Positions 41,151 through 51,753 of a stretch of DNA of 64,000 bases are shown piece by piece. The stretch is from contig OZ296656.1 in the NCBI GenBank assembly GCA_965655095.1, forward strand, positions 83,080,001 to 83,144,000, given 5' to 3'. The notes below the pieces were generated by a model that was not told the origin of the DNA, made no database searches, and was given only the letters and a program-made list of their open reading frames with translations. Both the position numbers and the translations under genes were made by a program. The DNA comes from Haplodiscus bocki (lineage: Eukaryota). The stretch's first letter is position 1; each line of letters opens with the position of its first letter.

Positions 41151-42880
41151 TTAAATTGAAGAATTTTTAAGATCGATGTTGCGGTTTGTTTTGTACAAGT
41201 TCCTGGCTTATGACTCTGGTGTTATGAACAATTTTTTTTTTCAATTTTGTACCTCTTGGTCTTTTAGCCACGTCTGGGCCGTTCCAGCACATGTGTTTTG
41301 TGTGGTTAGGTTTTTGGCAGTGTGGACAGGGTGGGTGTATTTCTGCATTCAGTTTTTCAGTAGTTTTTTTCACTTTTTAATTACTGTTTTTTTACGAATG
41401 CGTTTCCGACATTCTTTAATAACATGTCCTGGTTTTTTGTAGTCTCGGCATATTGTTTGTTGCTATTCTACGTCTTGTGGTTGATATTGCTTACTTTCCG
41501 TCGTTGTTAAGGTTGCCATTGCGAGAATACGAGAATAGGTAATTCTCCAGCTGTTTTCAACCAAGTCATTTCGATTTTCGGTCTAGATGTGCAACTATTC
41601 GATCGTATGTGCCATTTTCTAGAAAAGCTAGGTTTAATGACCATTTCAGATGTGAGGGTATCTTTGCATACAGTAGACTGTCTATCATCTGCTGTGTAAG
41701 AGGTCTGAAAACTTGTTCAGCACATTCATTAGGTTTTTCAAGGAAAATTGATAGTGATTTCGTGTCGGGATCAAAAATGGCTCTATACCCTTTGTGTTTT
41801 GCTGTGACTTGTGATTCTGCTGCGACGTCCTTCCGTCAAAAAATGATGAGTAAGTGTTCAAGTGTCCGTTTATTGTTAACAGTTATGTTTCTAAATGCTT
41901 GCAGTGTTTTGTTTTGAAGGTGTGAATAGAAGTTGTTAGTTTTCATCGCTTCTGACGTTTCAGGATGCATTTTAAACATAATTTGAAAAAATCTTCAAAC
42001 AGTTCAAATTTCCTATTTTTTTGTCGTAGATTAACGTGTTTATTGTTGTTAGCTTGAACACTGCCGACGACGACTGAGGTCACTATTGGGATGCAATGCT
42101 TGCAGTAGCTTCAACAAGTCTGTTGATGGGGTTGCCCGATTGTAAGTTTTCTCTTTGCGGTGTTTGTACAACCATTAGCAATAGGTTGTCGGGTGAAATG
42201 TATGTAGCCGTGTTTTCTGCTTGAGTAAATTGGTGTGGTATTGGGTTCTTTTGATTTGGAATTGGTCCCGTGAGAAAATCAGGGATACTGTTTTGAGGGG
42301 CATTATGTCCCGTCACCATGTGATGAGCGTGCGCTCGCCGGTCAAAAATAGGTCTCAATGCCGGAAAGTTGCCGTTCTCGAAATTTTCAACAATACGAGT
42401 CTCAATATTTCTGTCTTGATCAACGTTCATATCTATTTGACTAGAAATTGACTTGAGCGGGTTGTTTCCATTATTCCCTGTGAAATTCTTTTGATCAGAG
42501 TTTCGGACCACAATAGAGGGTCATCGTCCTAGTGACTCTGTGATCGATCTCACAACCATTTCAACTCGAGGAATTTGTACATTGTTGATTGCTGTCAACA
42601 TTGCGTCATGCATACGATTTGCGACAGTCATAACAGCATTATCAACTGCTTTCCTTATTCTGTCTCCAATAATGTTTTCAAGATCGTGACATGCACTGTT
42701 TTCACCGAATATAATCCTTCCGATATTCTTAGGACAACTGTTGGTCTGACTTACCAAGGTCTCATTTTCTAATGCACTTGTTTTGCTATCCTTACCGATT
42801 TCAAAATCGTTTGAAGTCTCGTTCAACCGACTAAATTGTCTTTTGTGTTGGTGCTTCTTCTTCCGTGTGGAAACCTTTTT
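41150..42880 (-). pseudogene. gag: Element 2 gag remnant starting inside the 5' LTR
   Basis: VSTRKKKHQHKRQ start, DRRAHAHH-MVTG across the LTR/PBS junction, LLYAKIPSHLKWSLNLAFLENGTYDRI, zinc knuckle CPHCQKPNHTKHMC. Confidence 0.85.
42306..42318 (-). promoter_or_regulatory. Primer-binding site of element 2 (TGGTGACGGGACA)
   Basis: TGG directly follows the LTR end ...CATCACA. Homology with the 26544 LTR copy stops exactly here. Confidence 0.75.
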
Positions 42881-43740
42881 GACTAAATAGTTAAACTCAA
42901 CTCAAAAATCTAAATCAACAAAGTGCCACTGAATCAACATAAATTTTAAATTATCAATCAAGGAATTTTTCGTATTTGGAGGAAAAATGATTCGTCAAAC
43001 GTTCAAATTGAGTTTTGCAACTGATCAGGAAGAAAATTATGGAAAAATGCGTTTTCCCGTTCCTTGAATTCGTTTTTTGGAAGGTTGAAGGTGATTTTTC
43101 TTTTTCCTTGTCCGATCGGGTTCTCTCTGGAAATGACCTTATATGCGAAATTGTAATAGAAACTACAACATTAAAAGAAAAACGACTTTATTATGACATT
43201 TTTTTCACGTGGGTCCAATTATAACATTGATATTCTAAAATTAAACAAACAAAGGATAGAATACCGCTTTTGCATGATACTTGAAAGATAATTACTACTA
43301 ATTTTGATCGTGATAATATATGTGGATAGAGGGGCTGCCTGCACAGATAAAATTGTGTGAAAAAAATGGCGTCATATTTTTTTATATGACATACTTATGA
43401 CATAGCACTAATTGATCCTGAGTATGGGTGGATATTACTCATGTGAAAAATAGGTTGTTGTTTGACGTACTTTTGACGTTAGTTGTCAAATACTCTACCT
43501 TAATTCCCAATCATGGTGTAAAGATAGGGAAAAACTTGGACATAACTTTCTCAAGTAATTTATGAGTAAAGTCGTGTTAATTCATCATTGGTGGGAGTAT
43601 ACGATCACTGTTGGCTGATTTTATTGTACTGGCGTCGTATTTATGTTGTTTCTTTTCCACGTCTATTTTCCGACTGTTGACGTGGTTTTGACACAAGTTG
43701 GGACTGGCTGTAGACGACGAGATTATTTGGGGAAAATTAC
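42319..43740 (-). repeat. 5' LTR of element 2 (outer end truncated or uncertain)
   Basis: Matches 26544-27494. Similarity to the solo LTR 9457-10962 persists to ~43715. Confidence 0.75.
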
Positions 43741-44896
43741 CTATTTTTGAACCTCCTCATTGCAATTTTTTCTCTTACTCTTCAAAAATCAACCCAATCA
43801 AACAGCGACTCTCACTCCAACCCTTGAACGTAACCAAGTCTACTCAAATTCTATATCATCCGACTGCTTAAGTCTGCATGGACTTGAAATAAGGTAAAGG
43901 CAGCGGAAGTCCACACTGTCGTTCACCTAATTTCTACTTCAGCTCCATGACGGTGAAAGCATGAAAGCTCTCCTTCAATGCAGAAATTACGAGTTCACCT
44001 TCTCATAGATTTTATGCAGCTCAGTTAGCCTGACAACTGTTTACCAAATACGACGTTCCCCTTTTAACCAGACATGACCTATCATCCAACTTTTAACCTC
44101 CTGAACAACATGAAAGTACCGCGACCAATTCCATCGGTTGCAGTACACATTGTACTAATTAAACCACTTCTTTCATGTCTGAGGAGTCCAACATCTTTGT
44201 CTGTCGATAACATGAAAAGTTAATAGCCTTGTTAAAACTCGAAAGAATGGAACAAGCAACCACCTGAACAACATCATCATAAGTTAAAAATTGCCGGGAA
44301 CATGACGAAAATCTTTTTCGCCCTTGGCATACCTGAGAAACATAGGCATTCTCTTATGCTTCTAGCATGCCGTTTGTTGACAGTTCAATAGATTTTGAAC
44401 AATCGGGCATACTTTTAGCGAGAATCGCGAGCTACGGTCCATTAAAATCAAGCAATTCGATTTAAACGTTGCCAGCTACATGAAACGCTCTTTTTTCCAA
44501 CATACTTTCGTACCAAGTGAATTAGCCACAAGAGCACATGAGAGAGGAATAAAGGAATTTTCGAGTCAACTACTTTTTCATGCAACCCCTACTGCTGTGG
44601 AGCTTACCAGAAGAACTGCCGCTAAATGACATTTTGATACAACTTTTAGGAGCGATAGCGTAAGCTTGAAACAACAGATTATTGCAATTGGCCTTTTTCT
44701 TTGGGCTGAGATGGACAAAATCAAGCCAATTAGTTATACCCGTCCCGAAACACACCGATAGGGATTAAATCAGTGCAGAAAAAGCTAATTAGTTTCCAAA
44801 AAAATTGACTGAAAGTTTAATACAGCAAACGTAGACTTGCCAACCGTTTCTCCTTTGTCTAATCGTTGAACTAGTGGAACATTTGGATCTCAGAAA

Positions 44897-47800
44897 TATC
44901 AATTGTCGGGATCTTCATGGATTATTTGAAATGAAGATGACAGGAAAAGCGACACCTCAAATTGTCGAAAGGGCGTGAAGTGTTTTAGTAACGGCTTTAT
45001 GCACGATTGTTGTATATCATCAATTCTCAGGATCTTCATCGATTAAATGAAATGGAGATGACAGGAAAAGCGACACCTCAATTTGTCGAAAGGGCATGAA
45101 GTGTTTCAGCAACAGCTTTATATACGATTGTTATATATCATCAATTGTCAGGATCTTCATCGATTATTTGAAATGGAGATGACCGGAAAAGCTACACCTC
45201 AATTTGTCAAAAGGGCATGAAGTGTTTCAGTAAAAGTATTATCTACGGTTGTTGTATATCATCAATTGCCAGGATCTTCATCGATTATTTGAAATAGAGA
45301 TGACAGGAAAAGCGACACCTGCATTTGTCCAAAGGGCGTGAAGTGTTTCAGTAACAGCTTCATGCACGATTGTTGTATATCATCAATTCTCAGGATCTTC
45401 ATCGATTAATTGAATTTGAGAGGACAGGAAAAACGACACCTAAACGTGTCGAAAAGGCATGAAGAGTTTCAGTAACAGCTTTATATACGATTGTTGTATA
45501 TCATCAAAATTCAGGATCATCATCGATTATTTGAAATAGAGATGACATGAAAAGCGACACTTCAATATGTCGAAACGCCGTGAAGTGTTTCAGTAACAGC
45601 TTTATATAGGATTGTTGTATGTTATCAATTGTCAGCATCTTCATCGATTAATCGAAATGGAGATCACAGGAAAAGCGTCACCTCAATTTTGTCGAAAAGG
45701 CGTGAATTACCTCGGTAACAGCATTAATTACGATTGTTGTATATCATCAATTGTCAGGATCTTCATCGATTATTTGAAATGGAGATGACCGGAAAAGCTA
45801 CACCTCAATTTGTCAAAAGGGCATGAAGTGTTTCAGTAAAAGTATTATCTACGGTTGTTGTATATCATCAATTGTCAGGATCTTCATCGATTAATTGAAT
45901 TGGAGAGGACAGGAAAAACGACACCTAAACGTGTCGAAAAGGCATGAAGAGTTTCAGTAACAGCTTTATATACGATTGTTGTATATCATCAAAATTCAGG
46001 ATCATCATCGAATATTTGAAATAGAGATGACATGAAAAGCGAGACTTCAATATGTCTAAACGCCGTGAAGTGTTTCAGTAACAGCTTTATATAGGATTGT
46101 TGTATGTTATCAATTGTCAGCATCTTCATCGATTAATCGAAATGGAGATCACAGGAAAAGCGTCACCTCAATTTTGTCGAAAAGGCGTGAATTACCTCGG
46201 TAACAGCTTTAATTACGATTGTTATATATCATCAATTGTCAGGATCTTCATCGATTATTTGAAATGGAGATGACCGGAAAAGCTACACCTCAATTTGTCA
46301 AAAGGGCATGAAGTGTTTCAGTAAAAGTATTATCTACGGTTGTTGTATATCATCAATTGTCAGGATCTTCATCGATTATTTGAAATGAAGATGACAGGAA
46401 AAGCGACACCTCAAATTGTCGAAAGGGCGTGAAGTGTTTTAGTAACGGCTTTATGCACGATTGTTGTATATCATCAATTCTCAGGATCTTCATCGATTAA
46501 ATGAAATGGAGATGACAGGAAAAGCGACACCTCAATTTGTCGAAAGGGCATGAAGTGTTTCAGCAACAGCTTTATATACGATTGTTATATATCATCAATT
46601 GTCAGGATCTTCATCGATTATTTGAAATGGAGATGACCGGAAAAGCTACACCTCAATTTGTCAAAAGGGCATGAAGTGTTTCAGTAAAAGTATTATCTAC
46701 GGTTGTTGTATATCATCAATTGTCAGGATCTTCATCGATTATTTGAAATAGAGATGACAGGAAAAGCGACACCTGCATTTGTCCAAAGGGCGTGAAGTGT
46801 TTCAGTAACAGCTTCATGCACGATTGTTGTATATCATCAATTCTCAGGATCTTCATCGATTAATTGAATTTGAGAGGACAGGAAAAACGACACCTAAACG
46901 TGTCGAAAAGGCATGAAGAGTTTCAGTAACAGCTTTATATACGATTGTTGTATATCATCAAAATTCAGGATCATCATCGATTATTTGAAATAGAGATGAC
47001 ATGCAAAGCGACACTTCAATATGTCGAAACGCCGTGAAGTGTTTCAGTAACAGCTTTATATAGGATTGTTGTATATCATCATTTGTCAGGATCATCATCG
47101 ATTATATGAATTGGAGATGACAGGAAAAGAGACACCTTAATTTGTCGAAAGGGCGTGAAATGTTTCAGTAACAGCTTTTCATACGATTGTTGTTTATCAT
47201 CATTTGTCATTATCTTCATCGAATTTATGAAATGGAGATGACAGGAAAAACGACACCTCATTATGTCGAAAGAATGTGAAGTAAATCCGTAACAGCTTTA
47301 TATACGTTTGTTGTATATCATCAATTGTCGGGATCTTCATCGATTTTTGGAAATGGAGCAGACAGGAAAATCGGCACCTCAATTTGTTGATTGGGTGTGA
47401 AGTGTTTTACAAACAGCTTTATATACGATTTTTGTATTATATCAATTGTCAGGATCTTCAACGAAAACTTGAAATGGAGATGACAGGAAAAGAGACACCC
47501 TAATTTTTCGAAAGGGCGTGAAATGTTGAACAACAGGTTTTCATACGATTGTTGTAAATCATCATTTGTCAGGATATTCATCGATTATATGAAATGGAGA
47601 TGACAGGAAAAGAGACACCTCAATTTGTCAAAAAGGCATGAAGTGTTTCAGTAACAGCTTTATATACGTTTGTTGAGTATCATCATTTGTCATGATCTTC
47701 ACCGAATATTTGAAATGAAGATGACAGGAAAAGCGACACCTCATTTTGTCAAGAGGGCATGAAGTGTTTCAGTGACAGCTTTATATAGGTTTGTTGTATA

Positions 47801-48648
47801 TCATCAATTGTCGGGATCTTCATTGATTATTCGAAATGGAGATGATAGGAGAAGCGACACCTCATTTTTCGAAAGGGCTTGAAGTGTTGAGTAACAGCTT
47901 TTCATACGATTGTTGTATATCATCAATTGTCAGGATATTCATCGATTAATTGAAATGGAGCTGACTGTAAAAGCGACAACTCAATTTGCCCAAAGGGCAT
48001 GAAGTGTTTCGGTAACAGTTTTATATACGATTGATGTATATCATCAATTGTCAGGATCTTCAACGATTATTTGAAATGGAGATGACAGGAAAAGCAACAT
48101 CTCAATTTGTCAAAAAAGCATGAAGTGTTTCAGTAAGAGCTTTATATACGATTGCTGTATACCATCAATTGTCAGGATCTTCGTCGAATATTTGATATGG
48201 AGATTACAGGTAAAACGACACCTCAATATGTCGATAGGCTGTGAAGTGTTTGAGTAACAGCTTTAAAAACGATTGTTTTATATCATCAATTGTCAGGATC
48301 TTCATCAATTGTTTGAAATGGAGATAACAAAAAAGCGACACCTCTTTTTGTCGAAAGAATGTGAAGTGTTTTTGTAACAGCTTTATATACGTTTGTTGTA
48401 TATCATCAATTGTCGGGATCTTCATCGATTATTGGAAATGGAGAAAACAGGAAAATTGGCAACTCATATAGTTGATGGGTTGTGAAGTGTTTCACTAACA
48501 GCTTTATATACGATTGTTGTATTTTATCAACTGTCAGGATTTTCAACGAATACTTGAAATGGAGATGACAAGGAAAGAGACACCTTACTTAGTCGAAAGG
48601 TCGTGAAGTGTTTCAATAACAGCTTTTTATAAGATTGCTGTATAATAT
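44897..48648. repeat. Satellite array, ~121-bp monomer, ~31 copies, with a higher-order block
   Basis: Consensus ...ATCATCAATTGTCAGGATCTTCATCGATTATTTGAAATGGAGATGACAGGAAAAGCGACACCTCAATTTGTCGAAAGGGC.TGAAGTGTTTCAGTAACAGCTTTATATACGATTGTTGTAT... Confidence 0.97.
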
Positions 48649-50442
48649 TGTCGCAGCACACCTGCGAGACATGCGGCCAACCCTTACCGCAAGGAAAGCC
48701 AATCAATGCTTAGAAGAAACACAAACATTGACTGAACTCTCAATATAACTCTATTATGAATTTTAACTATTGTGCAGATATACGGATACGTATATATACG
48801 TATCCTTGACAACGCACATAAATATGGGTACGTATATATACGGAACCAAACTGACCCGAACTGGGACGGAACCGCTACGGAACAAACGAGTATTCACAGA
48901 GTAGTATTAATAGAATAGGTGCTATATTTATATTAATACAATTATTTAAATATTAGACATAAATCCACCTTTTCTGCAATGAAATCGAACCATGATTGAT
49001 TACTAGAAGTGCAGTTTAATTTCAAATTAGAAATAAATTGATGATGTACGTAGACTGACTGATTTCAAGTGTATTGACTCTAGGAGTGAATATTTCTTCC
49101 GTACGTGTTCCGTCGCTACTAGTCGGGTGACGTCACTACTATTATTACTCTGCCGCGCGGTAGTGATTCCGGAATCAATCCGGAATCACTCCTCATTTGA
49201 GCAAAGAATACGACCACTACTAGTGAATACGGAGCGATTCCGGAATCATTCCGGAATCTACTAGTGCTACTCGTATGAATGAGGAGTAAACTAGTAGTGC
49301 TACTAGTTTCTCCTCATTTCCAAAGATTAAGAACTAATGAGCTGCTGTTATTGATGAGGTGAGTGTGAGGGTGATGATTATTTATATTAATTAAAGTCAT
49401 GTTTTATCATATTTATTTTTTAATCCATTTTTACAATCAAGGAAACAATTTTCCTTTCCCATTTATGGAATAGTTTGTATAACTGTAAACAAAGGTGTCG
49501 GCGCGGGAATAGACACTTTGATGTCCATCTCTGACGGATTAGGACCGTCCATTTTCTATCGAAAGATGGAAAAAGGCGCGTCATATGAGGGAAGAGATGT
49601 ATGGAAGAGTTGTTTATTTCCCGCCAGAGTCGGCACTCTCACCTTTGATGCTATACTTTTCGACGGTACTTTTCCCTATTTGTACCTTGGCTTGGCGTGC
49701 AAACAATTATGTTTCCCGCCAGGAAAAAGTATAAATACGAGAAACGAAAGTACAACGTAAGAACTTTTTGGGGATTTTGACAGAACTTTACAGAACTTTT
49801 GAGAGCCATTCAAGTGAACTTTCAATAATTTCTCAAGAGCTTTTCAGAACCTTTTCGAAAACTCTTAGCAATTGTATTGAACCTTCTTCAGAACGAGTGT
49901 ACAATAATTTGTAACTGATAAGTACTGACAATATTTAGCCACTCTTTGCCTATTCTTCTTTTGTTCTTTATTTTCCTAACGCTAATACTGTAAACCTCCC
50001 ATTTGATTTTACAATAAAAAGACAATCAATTATTAATCGTCGAAAACGCTTTTCCATAGAATGGCAACCCGCAACAAAAGAAAACTGGCAGCTTTGAATA
50101 AGGAAAACTGTGAGGAACATCCCAGGAATGTTTTTGCATCAACCTCAAATGTTCTTAGATCACAGGAGGACTATATAACTCAATTTTCCGAGAAAAATGA
50201 GAGAAGAATCACCAAAAAGTTGTCACAAGAATTTAGCAGAACGGAAAATCGTATACTAGGTGCGCTAGCAAGACTTGATGACTTCCTCATGAACCCACTA
50301 CTGCAGGGCCACTCCGGAACCACTCCGGAGACGTCCCGGAATGTATTTAGTATTAACCAGGGAGCGAATGAGGATGACTCCAAGAGTGACCCTCATCCTG
50401 AAGCGGGCCTTCTCACCTCTGGCCGAGAGGATCGCCACGACA
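48649..50442 (+). repeat. 5' LTR of element 1 (TGTCG...CGACA; alternative end at 50484)
   Basis: 48649-50028 is repeated at 62624-64000. The end is inferred from CGACA|TGG and from the equivalent junction in element 2. Confidence 0.8.
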
Positions 50443-51709
50443 TGGCGACAGGAGTTCAGAGAGAGAGCACACAGGCGCACGACATGGTGACAGGAGTTAC
50501 AGAACAGACTCGCAACCAACGCGACATAATAACAGGAATTCACGAAGAAGTTATGTACTGCTCCCCTAGCACATCTTCCGGAAAACAGAAAAAGAACCGC
50601 TCTGCAAGTCAACCCTAATTTCGCAGCGAAAACACCCCTGCGACGATTGAGGCAGACCAAACTTTGTTGGCACTTCAGCAGTAAGCAAACAACAACAATT
50701 CTGCAAATTTCGATAACAATATTAACAGAATTTCCAAATTGCCAAAGTCACTTACGACAACGATGCCAACGTCTGATGGGAAATCTGAAAAGTTCGTTCT
50801 GTTTGAAGATCTGTTCCAAACGAGTCTCAAAATCCACAATCAATTGACAGAGGAGGACAGAATTAACTACTTCCATTCTCTCAAGAGGGGAGATGCATTA
50901 CAGACATTTGAAAACATTAATGGACCTACCCGAGAGATTCTGGGAGGAATTCTGGCAGTCTTTCGAAGGAAATATGTAAAACCCCAATCGATGGCGACAG
51001 CAAAACATAAATTCCAGAAATTGTCTTCAACCCAGCAAATCAAAAGTTAGTTGATCTTCTTGGCGAACTTCAAAAACTGGCCAAAGACGCATTCGGATTT
51101 GCTGCCCATACCATCATTGAACAATTCATATATGCCAAGATGCCACCGCAGCTGAAAAAGTCATTAAATCAGGCCCACTTGGAAAACGGCACATATGAAC
51201 AGATTGTGACACACCTAGAAAGGGAATTAGAACTAAATGGTTTGGAAGCCCCTGATGAGCTACAAATAAATACTGTGACCCACAATACTGTCAATGCAAA
51301 TGCTGACAGAACCAAACCAACGTGTCACTATTGTAAAAAAACAGGACATTATAAAAATCAGTGCCGGTTTTTGAAAAAACAACGAGAACAAACTGAAAAT
51401 AATCAAAATAATCCTGGAAACAAAAGCAGTGATGCCAACACCTCTAACCCAAACGGCAACGTCAACTATCCTAACAACAACAGCAGGAACAGTAACAGGC
51501 CCGAAAGAGAGCCAAAAACTGTTTACCCACCCTGTGAGACATGTGGTAAGACAAACCATTCCACGGAGAGATGCTATCATGGAGCCAATGCAGCCAATAG
51601 ACCGCCTCCCCGGCAGAGAAGACCGGAAAGACAAAATCAGGTCCAAGAAAGAGCTGTTCAAGATGACTCAAATGAAAATAGCCAGGCTGTAGCCCAGAAT
51701 TTAAACTGA
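50061..51709 (+). pseudogene. gag: gag (interrupted by stops and a frameshift)
   Basis: MATRNKRK start, DGKSEKFVLFEDLF capsid-like region, two CCHC knuckles CHYCKKTGHYKNQC and CETCGKTNHSTERC. Confidence 0.93.
50443..50497 (+). promoter_or_regulatory. Primer-binding sites TGGCGACAGGAGT (50443) and TGGTGACAGGAGT (50485), probably tRNA-Leu type
   Basis: Each follows CACGACA. The second matches 12/13 nt of TGGTGTCAGGAGT, the complement of the vertebrate tRNA-Leu(CAG) 3' end as recalled. The host tRNA was not checked. Confidence 0.7.
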
Positions 51710-51753
51710 ATATGCTACGTCTTCACTCCGGAGCTGCGACTGACAGACCGGAG
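51700..51753 (+). promoter_or_regulatory. -1 ribosomal frameshift signal at the gag/pol junction
   Basis: In-frame slippery heptamer T TTA AAC directly before the gag TGA. pol is in the -1 frame. Downstream CTCCGG/CCGGAG stem (51726-51753). Confidence 0.8.

Larger units (their letters stand above)
26544..43740 (-). mobile_element. Gypsy element 2: decayed LTR retrotransposon (5' LTR-PBS-gag-pol-antisense gene-3' LTR)
   Basis: Two similar LTR copies (26544-27494 vs 42319-43277), a PBS, gag/pol remnants and a + strand zinc-finger gene in the 3' internal region. Continuity across the N gap is assumed. The outer end of the 5' LTR appears truncated and no TSD was found. Confidence 0.8.

Noticed and set aside
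43330-43345. TGTGCAGG as the start of element 2's 5' LTR
   Set aside because: Similarity to the 9457-10962 LTR continues to ~43715, and the flank GATAA does not match CTACT at 26539-26543.
44897-48648. CRISPR array, or coding ORFs (47079-48425) in the 121-bp repeat
   Set aside because: Whole monomers are homologous with no unique spacers and no cas genes; the ORFs are chance products of the satellite.
50015-50030. 5' LTR ending at AAAGACA/ATCA (~50024-50028)
   Set aside because: Homology ends there only because the window ends; no PBS follows, whereas CGACA|TGG at 50442 matches the junction seen in element 2.
50430-50545. True CRISPR array
   Set aside because: Only three units, inside a eukaryotic retroelement ORF; the repeat is the LTR end + PBS and there are no cas genes.
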